A DNA stretch of 64,000 nucleotides, from positions 96,001 to 160,000 of the forward strand of contig CBDBEV010000001.1 of the NCBI GenBank assembly GCA_965204535.1, given 5' to 3'. Numbering within the stretch: the stretch's first letter is position 1; the number at the start of each line of letters is the position of its first letter. The notes beneath the pieces are model-generated. The model had not been told where the DNA came from, did no database searches, and saw only the letters and a program-made list of their open reading frames with translations. Source of the DNA: a bacterium (GTDB taxonomy: Bacteria > UBA8248). Below are positions 29,742 through 39,494 of this stretch, piece by piece. Both the position numbers and the translations under genes were made by a program.

Positions 29742-31043
29742 TTGAGCAAATCCGGCGGTTCCATCCCGGCTTCGGGCCACTCCGCTCAGCGCGGGCGAAC
29801 AGGCGGCTTGTATTACGGATGGGTGATCGTCGGCGTATCGTTCATCACCATGGGCTTCCACATGGCGGCCACCTTTTCCTTTTCCCTGTTCCAAGTTCCC
29901 CTTATTCAGGAATTCGGCTGGAGCCGGGGCGCCTTGGGCGGCGCATTCGCCTTGAGCATGAGTCTCTACGCAATCTGCAGCCCCGCGGCAGGATCTATTT
30001 TAGAGAGAAAAGGCCCGAGAGCCCTCCTCCCCTGGGGCTCCGTCTCGATTGGGACAGGGCTCATGCTGGGCTTTTTCATCTCTTCTCTCTGGCACGCGTA
30101 TATATTCATCGGCGTCATGATCGGCGTGGGGCTTGCATTGAGTGGGTTCGTAACGCTCAACGCGCTCATGCCGCGATGGTTTTTCAGAAACCGTGGGCTG
30201 GCGGCGGGCATCGCCATCTCGGGCATCGGCATCGGCTCTTTCATCCTGATGCCCACCATCGAGAGACTCATTACCGTCTTCGGCTGGCGCTACGCCTACC
30301 TGATTTTCGGCGCTTCGATACTTCTCATCGTCCTGCCACTCAAACTGCTCCTGCTCAGAAACGCTCCCTCCGACGTGGGTCAGAACATCGACGGCGTATC
30401 GGACGCGGAGGCCGCCGGGTTTCCGAAACCCACCGCATCCCCTTCGCAGAAAGTGGGAGAAGTGTTCGGGCTGATGAAGAGGGAGAGGAACTTCTGGGCG
30501 TTGATGATCATCGCTTTTGTCATCGGCCTGAACAACAATTCTATCTGGAGCCAGCTTCAGATATTCTTCGTCGATGCGAATTTCAGCACCGCATTCGGTG
30601 CTTTCGTTTTCGGGCTTACCGGCGCAATCCGAATTCTGGGCAGCATCGTTCTTGGTTGGGCAAGCGACCGGATCGCGCGCAAAATGGCTCAGGCCATCGC
30701 CCTTTTCCTGTCGGGACTCGGCGTCCTCGTCTTGCTTTCCGTCCCACATTTTAACAACGGCGTCGTTCTCGCATTCATGTTCGCCGCCATCTACGGCTTC
30801 GGCGTCGGCGGCATGTCGGCCTGCTATGCGGCCATGTGCGCGGACGCCTACGCCGGACGCTCGTTCGCCGTCATCATGGGGTTGCTGGAAATCGCGTTCG
30901 GTCTCGGGGGATTCGTCGGCCCCCCGATGGCGGGCTTCATGTTCGACTTCACGGGAAGCTATGTTCTGCCCTTCTGCCTCGTGGTTCTCTTACAGGTGCT
31001 TGCGCTCATTGTCTGTCAGTTCGTCTACAGCACTGAGAGATAA
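29742..31043 (+). CDS. MFS transporter (OFA/MCT-like)
   Basis: YYGWVIV, EFGWSRG, RWF..RGLA.GIA.SG and GWASDRI motifs. Confidence 0.88.
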   Translation: MSKSGGSIPASGHSAQRGRTGGLYYGWVIVGVSFITMGFHMAATFSFSLFQVPLIQEFGWSRGALGGAFALSMSLYAICSPAAGSILERKGPRALLPWGSVSIGTGLMLGFFISSLWHAYIFIGVMIGVGLALSGFVTLNALMPRWFFRNRGLAAGIAISGIGIGSFILMPTIERLITVFGWRYAYLIFGASILLIVLPLKLLLLRNAPSDVGQNIDGVSDAEAAGFPKPTASPSQKVGEVFGLMKRERNFWALMIIAFVIGLNNNSIWSQLQIFFVDANFSTAFGAFVFGLTGAIRILGSIVLGWASDRIARKMAQAIALFLSGLGVLVLLSVPHFNNGVVLAFMFAAIYGFGVGGMSACYAAMCADAYAGRSFAVIMGLLEIAFGLGGFVGPPMAGFMFDFTGSYVLPFCLVVLLQVLALIVCQFVYSTER

Positions 31044-31053
31044 AACCCATCTT

Positions 31054-32337
31054 ATGATACCCAGAAAAACCACCCCTCCCTGGATTTATTATGGGTGGGT
31101 AATCGTCGGCACGTCCTTCACCGCCATGGCGTTTCATCAAACGGCGCGCTTTTCATTTTCCATCTTTCAGGTTCCGCTGATCCAGGAATTCGGCTGGGGG
31201 CGCGGCGCCTTGGGCGGGGCATACGCTCTGATGCTGGGCAGCTATGCGCTATTGAGCCCCATCGCGGGAAACCTGTTCGACAAAAAAGGAGCGCGGACGG
31301 TCATGCCCTGGGGTTCGGTGTTTGTAGGCGTAGGCTTCACCCTGGCCTATTTCATCAGCGACCTATGGCACGTCTACCTGGTTCCTTGCCTGTTCGTGGG
31401 AATCGGAATGGCGCTGAGCGGCTTTGCGATGCACAGCGCCCTCATGCCTCGGTGGTTTCAGAAAAAGCGCGGCCTCGCCACGGGGTTGGCCCTCTCGGGC
31501 AGCGGGACGGGAATCCTGCTGTTCATCCCCCTTATTGAATGGCTCATCTCCTCCCAAGGCTGGCGCCTGACTTATCTGATTTTCGGTCTGGCCATCCTTT
31601 GCATCGTCGTCCCCCTGACTGCATTGCTGCTCCGAAGAGGACCCGAAGAAGTGGGGCAATACCTTGACGGAGAATCCGAGCCTCGCGCCCATCCACCGTC
31701 CAGAGCAAGCGAAAAATCGCAGAGTCCGCCTTTGCTCAAGGTGTTTCGGCAGGTCCGCCGGAAAAAGAACTTCTGGACGCTACTCATCGTCGTCTTCTTC
31801 ATGGGGCTGAACAACAACTCTATTTTGAGCCAACTCCAGCTTTTTCTGGTGGACGCCGAATACAGCACGGCTCTGGCGGCTTTTTTCTTCGGGATGCTGG
31901 GCGCGATCCGGATGCTCGCCACGTTTTCCATGGGCTGGCTGAGCGATATCATCGGTCGGCAGCGCGCCCAGGCGCTTTCGTCTTTAATGACAATTTGCGG
32001 AATCGTTATTTTGCTTTCCATCCCTCATATGTCGTCGAAAATTCTGATGGGATGGGTCTTCATATTCGTCTACGGTATGGGCCTTGGCGGGATGAGCGTA
32101 TGCTACTCATCCATGTCCGCGGATGCGTTCAAAGGTCCCTCGTTCGGGGCCACTATCGGATTGCTGGAAATTTTCTTTGGGCTGGGGGGATTCATCGGCC
32201 CGCCCTTAGCGGGTTTTATTTTCGACTATACGGGAAGCTACATGATCCCCTTCGTCGGGATAGCGGTCGGCCTGCTGTTCTGTATCTTCATGTGCCTGTT
32301 CGTCTATGAAACGCCACGAGAAACTTCCGGAGCATAG
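31054..32337 (+). CDS. MFS transporter (OFA/MCT-like), tandem paralog
   Basis: 3' part of ORF 30574..32337 from ATG 31054, collinear with and similar to the preceding MFS. Confidence 0.88.
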   Translation: MIPRKTTPPWIYYGWVIVGTSFTAMAFHQTARFSFSIFQVPLIQEFGWGRGALGGAYALMLGSYALLSPIAGNLFDKKGARTVMPWGSVFVGVGFTLAYFISDLWHVYLVPCLFVGIGMALSGFAMHSALMPRWFQKKRGLATGLALSGSGTGILLFIPLIEWLISSQGWRLTYLIFGLAILCIVVPLTALLLRRGPEEVGQYLDGESEPRAHPPSRASEKSQSPPLLKVFRQVRRKKNFWTLLIVVFFMGLNNNSILSQLQLFLVDAEYSTALAAFFFGMLGAIRMLATFSMGWLSDIIGRQRAQALSSLMTICGIVILLSIPHMSSKILMGWVFIFVYGMGLGGMSVCYSSMSADAFKGPSFGATIGLLEIFFGLGGFIGPPLAGFIFDYTGSYMIPFVGIAVGLLFCIFMCLFVYETPRETSGA

Positions 32338-32343
32338 CGGACG

Positions 32344-33165
32344 TTAAAAGGGACGACTCAACACTTCCAGAACCTGGATGGCTTTCGTCCTTTCTCCTTC
32401 GATGCGCAGGCGGCCCGCTTTTTCCTTTTTCTCTATACTCGCCCGTCCCGTGGTGAGCAGAACCAGGTCGCTTCCGGCGCATACGACGCGCGCGTCGCAA
32501 TCCCTCTGATCAGAAACCAAGATTTCAGGACGCCCATTTTCGATTCGCAACACCCATTTCCGGTCAGGCTCTTTCGTCTCGAAGCAGATGGTTCCGCTGA
32601 AATCCTTATCCCCCCGCGCACCGAAGAAGATGGGGAATCGCTCGGAGAGACAATCCACCACCACGGGCAGGGACGAGGCAGGCAAATCGCTATCGGGCTG
32701 ATTGCGAATGTCCCAATCGTGGAGGATCAGTTCATAGAGCCTCTGTCCGGGAAACGTGCGTATCGGGCACGGTGCAAGCCAGTGCCATGCCTTTTTGTCC
32801 ATATCTTCGGAGCGCACTTCTTCAAGGATTTCCTGCAACCGCCATACGGCTTCTGCAAAGGTGCCTATTCGCTCATCGTCAGGAAGCGCGACGAGTTCAT
32901 CCCCCACTTTTTTTCGATACGACCAGAACGATTCCAGATCCGAAGCGCCGAAAGGCATCTCCAGGCGCCCTGCGGTGCCGGCAGGGATGACGTGCGCATA
33001 AAAACGCGCTCCCAGCGTCATATGCGCCACTACGTCGGCCACGCACCAGCCGGGGCAAAAGGTGGACGCGCGCCACTCTTGCTCGCTCAAGCCTCTCAAG
33101 ATTTCGATGAACCTGTGGTTTTCCTTCTCTACCCAAGATGTTGCGTGAGCAAAGAACTCAGCCAT
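32344..33165 (-). CDS. Maleylpyruvate isomerase family (MDMPI/DinB-like) protein with SCP2-like C-terminus
   Basis: TFCPGWCVADVVAHM and ELILHDWDIR motifs. Confidence 0.8.
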   Translation of the reverse strand: MAEFFAHATSWVEKENHRFIEILRGLSEQEWRASTFCPGWCVADVVAHMTLGARFYAHVIPAGTAGRLEMPFGASDLESFWSYRKKVGDELVALPDDERIGTFAEAVWRLQEILEEVRSEDMDKKAWHWLAPCPIRTFPGQRLYELILHDWDIRNQPDSDLPASSLPVVVDCLSERFPIFFGARGDKDFSGTICFETKEPDRKWVLRIENGRPEILVSDQRDCDARVVCAGSDLVLLTTGRASIEKKEKAGRLRIEGERTKAIQVLEVLSRPF

Positions 33166-33223
33166 TATGAAATTGCGCCCTTACGCATGGTTAAGTGAGA
33201 CTGAAAATTCCCGCATACAAGAA

Positions 33224-34276
33224 TCAGACGGGCATCGCTACTTTGAGTTCGCCGGCAATTTCCGTCACCTGTTTCCAAACACCATCGCCCACCGGGATTC
33301 CTTCCCGCAGCCTTCTTTCTTTCTCCCTGAAGCTGCGTTCCCCGGGCACGCGAATCTCCTCTACGCCAGGAGCCCTGCGTACATTCTTGACCTCGGCGAC
33401 GTGGAAATCGACCATCTCCCTGAACACTTTCGTATCCCCGAAAGCGGAGGGGTCGATGGCGATGAACAAATCTCCCTTGTCGTAATGCCCCTCTTGCACC
33501 GACTGGCTGAGCGGTTTGCCGACCTTGGCTCCTAGCAATGGCCCCGCCAAAAGGCCGATCAACAAACAAAGACCGTAACCCTTGTGCTCCCCGAAAGGGG
33601 CAACCGCGCCCGCGGCGGCCGTTTTGGCATCCGTCGTCGGTTCGCCATCCGGCCCTACCGCCACGCCTTCGGGAATCGGCTCTCCCGTGACGCTCGCCTT
33701 CAAGATCATCCCATAAGGAATCGCGCTCGTCGCGAAATCGAGGAGTACGGGTTCGTCTCCGCTCTTTGGAACGGCGATTGAAAAGGGATTCGTGCCCATT
33801 AAGCGCTCCACTCCCCCGTATGGATGCACGAGCGGCTGCGTGACGCCGAGGACGATTCCCACGCAGCCGGCCCGGGCGATGCGCTCGGCATAATAGCCCG
33901 TCATGCAGATGTGATCGCTGTTCACGACCCCCACGGCGCAGGAACCCGCCTTTTCCGCTTTCCTGGCCGCGAGGCTCGCGCCATAAGTCGCGCCCACAGG
34001 GCCCATGGCGCGGTCGCCCTCTACCAGCGCTGTCGCTTCCCGCTCGTGCACAACGTGGGGCCTGGCCCGGGCGTTGATCATCCCGCTCTCTATTCTCCTG
34101 ATCATATTCGGCAGGCGAATCAAACCATGGGTGGAATACCCCCTGAGATCGGCCTCTATCAATACGTCGGCCGTCGTCATCGATTGCTCGTGCGAACAAC
34201 CAGCGGCCGCCAGGATACGCTCCATCAAATCGCGCAGAGCGTCCGCGTTGACGATGCGCTCTTCACTTTGACTCAT
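33224..34276 (-). CDS. Ldh_2 family oxidoreductase (malate/L-lactate/sulfolactate/ureidoglycolate dehydrogenase type)
   Basis: ADLRGYSTHG, GTNPFS, DFATS, HKGYGL and RVPGE motifs. Confidence 0.9.
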   Translation of the reverse strand: MSQSEERIVNADALRDLMERILAAAGCSHEQSMTTADVLIEADLRGYSTHGLIRLPNMIRRIESGMINARARPHVVHEREATALVEGDRAMGPVGATYGASLAARKAEKAGSCAVGVVNSDHICMTGYYAERIARAGCVGIVLGVTQPLVHPYGGVERLMGTNPFSIAVPKSGDEPVLLDFATSAIPYGMILKASVTGEPIPEGVAVGPDGEPTTDAKTAAAGAVAPFGEHKGYGLCLLIGLLAGPLLGAKVGKPLSQSVQEGHYDKGDLFIAIDPSAFGDTKVFREMVDFHVAEVKNVRRAPGVEEIRVPGERSFREKERRLREGIPVGDGVWKQVTEIAGELKVAMPV

Positions 34277-34294
34277 GTGCGGAAAAACCTTTCA

Positions 34295-34804
34295 TTACAG
34301 ATCGGGGTTGGGAGCGGAAACGCTCGCCTTGGTGACACGCATCATCCAGCAATAGATTTCTATCCGATTGCCATCAGGGTCCAGAAAGTAGAAAGCATGG
34401 CTTCCGCTTCCGCCGATGAACCCGTTCTCATCCAGCCCCTCATGCGCGTGAACATAGGGGCCCGAGACGAACTCGACGCCACAGGATTTCACATGTTCCT
34501 GGGCGAGAAGCCAATTTTCACGGTCATCCACTTCAAAAGCGATATGGTGGAGTCCCACGTCCGTTCGATGCTCGGAGTCGGTCGTCGTCAGGCCCGCTTT
34601 CACAGCGTCTTCGGGCAACTCGAAAAGGACCAGGGTGTGGTGTTTTTCCGCGCAGCGCATAAAACAAATCGGGCGGAAAAAATCGGGCGGACCCCACTTG
34701 CCCGTCAGCTTAAGCCCTACCACGTCACGATAGAACTTGATGGAGCGATCCACGTCACTCACGTGGATACCCATGTGACCAAGCCTTGCGACATTACAAC
34801 CCAT
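34295..34804 (-). CDS. VOC family protein (extradiol dioxygenase-like single domain)
   Basis: LGHMGIHV, KHHTL, GLHHIAF and FYFLDPDGNRIEIY. ATG 34804 follows GGAGG. Confidence 0.82.
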   Translation of the reverse strand: MGCNVARLGHMGIHVSDVDRSIKFYRDVVGLKLTGKWGPPDFFRPICFMRCAEKHHTLVLFELPEDAVKAGLTTTDSEHRTDVGLHHIAFEVDDRENWLLAQEHVKSCGVEFVSGPYVHAHEGLDENGFIGGSGSHAFYFLDPDGNRIEIYCWMMRVTKASVSAPNPDL

Positions 34805-34950
34805 TCCTATCCCTCCTAGAACGAATGTAGAGCAGAATAAATTCGTTTGCCTAAAATGGTGCGGCATCATAACATGCGCAAGCGTGGTTGGCGCGCAAGA
34901 GTCCCGTTTGGATATCAGCCGCTTCATACCCCAATGAAAGGGGGATTCGA

Positions 34951-35778
34951 ATGTCGAAAAAAACAGGTTTTCTGGCCGTGCTGCTTGCCGGCGCCATGCT
35001 CTTCTCCGGCGTTTTCCTGCCTCCATCCGCTAATAGTCAAAAAGATAACCCCTCCGCAATCATACTCGCCTCGAAAGAAGTCAAGCCGAAAGCAGCGCCC
35101 TCCCCCGCCCTCGTCGCGCAAAATCTGGACAAAAAGCGCATCGAGAAAATCATCAGAGAATATCTCATCAACAACCCCGAAGTGCTCGAGGAGGCCATCC
35201 AAGCCTTACAAGCAAAGAGACGGGCGCAACGCGCGCAGGCGGCTCAGGCTTCCATCCAGAAAAACAGGAAACAAATCTACGAAAACCCCGAAGACCCCGT
35301 GGGCGGAAACCTAAACGGGGACGTAACAATTGTGGAGTTTTTCGATTACCGATGCGGGTATTGCAAGCGGGTGGCCCCCGTCGTAGAGAAAGCGCTCGCT
35401 AAAGACAAAAAAATCCGCATCGTCTACAAGGAATTCCCTGTCCTGGGTCCAAATTCGGTATTGGCGGCCCGGGCGGCGCTCGCCTCGCGCGCACAGGGTA
35501 AATACCTCGCTTTTCACAAGGCTCTCATGAAGGCCAAAATCTCTTATGATGAATCGAGCATCATGAAAATCGCCACGGCGGTGGGCATCGACACGGCTCG
35601 CCTGAAAAAAGACATGCAAGCGCCTGACATCCAGGCCTATCTCGCCAAGATACGCGCCCTGGCGCGTTCTCTGGGCATACGCGGCACACCCGCCTTTGTC
35701 ATCGGCGAACAAATGTTCCCGGGCGCACTCACCTCGGCTCAGCTAGCCCGCATGATTCAACAGGCGAGAAAGAAATAA
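34951..35778 (+). CDS. DsbA family (ScsC/Com1-like) periplasmic thiol-disulfide protein
   Basis: Signal peptide, IREYL..NPEVL, EFFDYRCGYCK and GTPAF motifs. Confidence 0.9.
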   Translation: MSKKTGFLAVLLAGAMLFSGVFLPPSANSQKDNPSAIILASKEVKPKAAPSPALVAQNLDKKRIEKIIREYLINNPEVLEEAIQALQAKRRAQRAQAAQASIQKNRKQIYENPEDPVGGNLNGDVTIVEFFDYRCGYCKRVAPVVEKALAKDKKIRIVYKEFPVLGPNSVLAARAALASRAQGKYLAFHKALMKAKISYDESSIMKIATAVGIDTARLKKDMQAPDIQAYLAKIRALARSLGIRGTPAFVIGEQMFPGALTSAQLARMIQQARKK

Positions 35779-35785
35779 ACCGAAA

Positions 35786-35815
35786 AAAGCCCCGGAGATA
35801 ACTCTCCGGGGCTTT
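35786..35815. terminator. Bidirectional intrinsic terminator
   Basis: AAAGCCCCGGAG-ATAACT-CTCCGGGGCTTT perfect stem between convergent genes. Confidence 0.8.
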
Positions 35816-35831
35816 CCATAGACCAGTAAAT

Positions 35832-36284
35832 TCAGTCCACCGTCACCGAGCCCATCAACATTCTGCGGTAATCCCACCATTTCCACTTCTTGGGCACCAT
35901 GGTGATGCGTACGCGTATTTTTTGCGCGATGGGCGTATTGACGTAATTCGCCCACATTTCAGGCCCGAAGAAGTGATCCACAACGCTTTTCAGCCCCTCG
36001 TGGTCCGTTCCCATCGTCTCGGAAACCTGCGCTTCCCCTTCCACGACTACAGCGCGGAAAGGAGCATTCTCATCATCGATGCAAATCGCAAAGGCCGGGT
36101 TGCGCTTTAAGTTTCTCACCGAAACCGAATCTTCACCCGTGCTGATGAAGAAACTCGCATCCTCGGGATTGAACAGATACAAAAGCGGGACGACGTGCGG
36201 TGAGCCATCCGCATTCGTGGTGGCGATTCTCGCCATGTGGGGTTCTTGTAAAAACTCATCCATTTCGGTCGGGCGCTCGGCCAT
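35832..36284 (-). CDS. Pyridoxamine 5'-phosphate oxidase-like split-barrel protein
   Basis: ARIATTNADGSPHVVP, RNLKRNP and VVVEG motifs. Confidence 0.82.
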   Translation of the reverse strand: MAERPTEMDEFLQEPHMARIATTNADGSPHVVPLLYLFNPEDASFFISTGEDSVSVRNLKRNPAFAICIDDENAPFRAVVVEGEAQVSETMGTDHEGLKSVVDHFFGPEMWANYVNTPIAQKIRVRITMVPKKWKWWDYRRMLMGSVTVD

Positions 36285-36360
36285 TTTCCATCTCCTCTCG
36301 AAAAACCATGATTTTATAAATCATTCCCGTTTGATTGCTCCAGAATGATACTGGAATTAT

Positions 36361-38973
36361 CTACCCTTTCACAATCAGGTTCACCAGACGCCCCGGTACG
36401 ACGATGTGCTTCACGATCTCTTTATCGCCAATATAGCCGGCCGTGACGGCTTCCGCCTTTTTCTTCAATTCCTCCTCCGGCGCGTCCGGCAACGCCATGA
36501 ACGTGCGCCTCGTCTTTCCGTTTACCTGTACGGCGAATTCTTTCTCCTCGGCGGCAATGGCTGTCTCGTTCACCTCCGGCCATGTTTCACGGAAGATACT
36601 CGCCTCTCCCCCACTCGTGCCCAGGGCCTGCCAGAGCTCCTCAGCAACGTGAGGCGCCATGGGCGCCATACAGCAAAGCAGAATCTGGGCCGCTTCGCGC
36701 TGCACTGCCGTTTCAGCAGCAGCCTCCGCGCGAAGCGACGTGGCCAGTTCCATGATGCGCGCCACCGCCGTGTTGAACGAGAAGGAGTGCTCATAAACTT
36801 CCGTCACAGCCTTCAAGGTGGCGTGGGCGTCCCGCCTGAGTTTTCTCCCTGAAGCGGATAGTCCATCCCCATCCCCTGAATAGGCCTCCGTTTCCCTCCA
36901 GCCTTCGAGCCGCTCGGAGAACGTGATCCAAAGCCTTTGCAGGAAGCGGTGCACGCCGATCAGGCCGTCATCGCGCCATTCCTTCGAGCGCTCCGGGGGT
37001 CCGATGAACAGCGTATAGAGCCTGCCCGCATCCGCCCCGTATTTTCCCGTGCATTCTTCAATCGAGACTCCGTTCATCTTCGATTTGCTCATCGAGGCCA
37101 TCTCGGTGAGCACTTTTTGCCCGGCCTCGTAGCCACTGCCGGCGGGGCCGTCGGCAGTAACAACCAGAGCTTCTTCATCTACGTCTTGATAAGGCACCCA
37201 GATGCGGCCACGCGCATCCGCCACATAGTAGGCCATTCTGCACACCATTCCCTGGGTGAAGAGATTTTCGAACGGCTCTTCGAAGGAGACGAGCCCCAGG
37301 TCGTAGAGTACTTTTGTGAAAAACCGCGAGTACAGCAGGTGCATGACGGCGTGTTCCGCCCCCCCGATGTACTGCGTCACCGGCAGCCAGCGGTTCACGT
37401 TTTCCGACTGGAATACGGCGTCATCATCGCGGGGGCTCACGTATCGCAGGTAATACCAGGACGAATCCACGAAAGTGTCCATCGTGTCGGTCTCACGGCG
37501 CGCGGGCCTGCCTGTTTTCGGACTGATGACGTTCACGAAATCTTCACTCTGGTCCAGAGGATTTCCGCCCCGGCCCGTGAACTCGACGTCGCGTGGGTGC
37601 ATGACGGGCAGATGGTCGTCCGGCACCGGGGTGATGCTGCCGTCTTCCTCATAAATGACGGGAATCGGCACCCCCCAATAACGCTGACGCGAAATGAGCC
37701 AGTCTCTCAGGCGCCAGTTGATGGTCTTATCCCCAAAACCATTATCTGCGAAATAATCGATCATCCTCGGATACGCTTCGCGGTTCGGCTGCCCGTCGAA
37801 GGGACCGGAGTTCTCCATCACGCCGTCTTCGATGTAGGCCTCCTCCATCGTGTCGCCAGCGAGCCCCCCCTCGGGATGCTGGATGACCACCTTGACGGGG
37901 ATGCCGTATTTCCTGGCAAAAAGGAAATCGCGCTGATCGTGCGCGGGCACGCCCATCACGATACCCGTGCCGTATTCCATCAGCGCGTAATCGGCTACGA
38001 GCAAGGGCACACGATCTCCATTGACGGGGTTGATGATGAAATGACCCGTTTCAACGCCTGTTTTTTCGCTCTCCTCGCTCATGCGCTCCGCGGCGCTTTG
38101 GGCCTGCATGACCTCCACGGCCTCGCGGATGGAATCCGCGCGTGGATTGCCCTCCAGCAGTTGATCGATGAGAGGATGCTCGGGCGCACAGACCATAAAA
38201 GTGATGCCGTATACCGTATCCGGTCTGGTGGTGAACACGGAGAGCGTCTCGCCGGTCGTTTCGAGTTTGAAATCGATTCGCGCACCCTCGCTGCGCCCCA
38301 GCCAGTTTCTTTGTTGCTGCTTGACGTGCTCGGGCCAGCCGACGAGGCCATCCAGATCGTCGAGCAAGCGCTGCGCATAGTCGGTAATCTTCAAGAACCA
38401 CTGGCTGAGCCAGCGTTTTTCCACTTTGGCCCCGCTGCGCCAGGCGATGCCGTCGTGAATCTGCTCGTTCGCGAGAACCGTGCCATCCACCGGGTCCCAG
38501 TTGACGAGGGCCTCGCGTTTATACGCCAGGCCATTCTCCAACATTTTGAGGAATATCCACTGCGTCCACTTGTAATAGCCCGGATGCGCGGTGGAAATCT
38601 CGCGTGGCCAGTCATAGGCGAGACCCGCCATGCGAAGCTGGCGTCTCATGTTGTCGACGTTTTTTTTCGTCCACTCGGCGGGGTGCGCACCGGCATTGAT
38701 GGCGGCGTTCTCCGCGGGCAACCCCAAGGCGTCCCAACCCATGGGGTGTAGGACTTCGAAGCCGCGCATCTTCCGGTAACGACTGATGGCGTCGCCCATC
38801 GTGTAGTTACACGCATGACCCATGTGCAGGTCACCCGACGGATAGGGAAACATCATCAGTGAATAATAGGTGGGCTTCTCACCGGGATGATCGGAGGTTT
38901 CGAAAATCTTCTCCTGTGCCCAATGATTCTGCCACTTTTCCTCGTAACTTGATGGACTATATTCGCCGAGCAT
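36361..38973 (-). CDS. leuS: Leucine--tRNA ligase
   Basis: MFPYPSGDLHMGH, FTTRPDT, GTGIVMGVPAHDQRD, RLRDWLISRQRYWG, DTMDTFVDSSWY and SMSKS. ATG 38973 follows GAGG. Confidence 0.97.
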   Translation of the reverse strand: MLGEYSPSSYEEKWQNHWAQEKIFETSDHPGEKPTYYSLMMFPYPSGDLHMGHACNYTMGDAISRYRKMRGFEVLHPMGWDALGLPAENAAINAGAHPAEWTKKNVDNMRRQLRMAGLAYDWPREISTAHPGYYKWTQWIFLKMLENGLAYKREALVNWDPVDGTVLANEQIHDGIAWRSGAKVEKRWLSQWFLKITDYAQRLLDDLDGLVGWPEHVKQQQRNWLGRSEGARIDFKLETTGETLSVFTTRPDTVYGITFMVCAPEHPLIDQLLEGNPRADSIREAVEVMQAQSAAERMSEESEKTGVETGHFIINPVNGDRVPLLVADYALMEYGTGIVMGVPAHDQRDFLFARKYGIPVKVVIQHPEGGLAGDTMEEAYIEDGVMENSGPFDGQPNREAYPRMIDYFADNGFGDKTINWRLRDWLISRQRYWGVPIPVIYEEDGSITPVPDDHLPVMHPRDVEFTGRGGNPLDQSEDFVNVISPKTGRPARRETDTMDTFVDSSWYYLRYVSPRDDDAVFQSENVNRWLPVTQYIGGAEHAVMHLLYSRFFTKVLYDLGLVSFEEPFENLFTQGMVCRMAYYVADARGRIWVPYQDVDEEALVVTADGPAGSGYEAGQKVLTEMASMSKSKMNGVSIEECTGKYGADAGRLYTLFIGPPERSKEWRDDGLIGVHRFLQRLWITFSERLEGWRETEAYSGDGDGLSASGRKLRRDAHATLKAVTEVYEHSFSFNTAVARIMELATSLRAEAAAETAVQREAAQILLCCMAPMAPHVAEELWQALGTSGGEASIFRETWPEVNETAIAAEEKEFAVQVNGKTRRTFMALPDAPEEELKKKAEAVTAGYIGDKEIVKHIVVPGRLVNLIVKG

Positions 38974-39047
38974 CAATTTCCTCAATTTTTCGGTATATGT
39001 CTCTTGAATTCTTATACAGGCACTGCGGCTGTTTCAAAATACTTGCG

Positions 39048-39473
39048 CTACTTCAGATGCGCTCCCTCTGGGACGGGCGCGGCCTCCTCTCTTATCTTTT
39101 TGAGAATTTCAGGCGGAATGCGTCTTGGTTTTCCGCCCGCATCGGTTCTCGCATGAAGCGTATAGCCTTTCACCAGAATCCGCCCCTCTTGCTCCACCAG
39201 ATAATCGAGCCGGACCCGGACGCCCTCGGGCTCTCTGAACCAGCCGGTGACCCTCACCTCGCCATCATATCGGGCGCCTTCCTTGTACTCGCAACGGCTC
39301 TCCACCACGGGAAAGAAAACGCCCTGTTCTTCGAGTTGCCCGTAGGGAAACCCGATTTTACGAAAATACTCCGTTCTCAACTGCTCGAACCACACATAAT
39401 AGACCGAGTGGTGCACCACACCCATCTGGTCGGTTTCGGCATACCTTACACGGAAATCAATGGACAGAGCCAA
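39048..39473 (-). CDS. Acyl-CoA thioesterase (YbgC/4HBT family)
   Basis: VRYAETDQMGVVHHSVY..WFE motif. Confidence 0.9.
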   Translation of the reverse strand: MALSIDFRVRYAETDQMGVVHHSVYYVWFEQLRTEYFRKIGFPYGQLEEQGVFFPVVESRCEYKEGARYDGEVRVTGWFREPEGVRVRLDYLVEQEGRILVKGYTLHARTDAGGKPRRIPPEILKKIREEAAPVPEGAHLK

Positions 39474-39494
39474 GCCGGATAAACCTATGAGCGG

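Noticed and set aside
34951-35778. DsbA (and the AhpD-like and YyaL proteins) as further selenoproteins
   Set aside because: Their CxxC motifs use ordinary Cys codons with no in-frame TGA.
36937-38751. 604-aa plus-strand ORF, and similar long ORFs such as 19626..21095, 45508..47001 and 21..626
   Set aside because: These are antisense shadows of well-supported genes in GC-rich DNA and carry no motifs.
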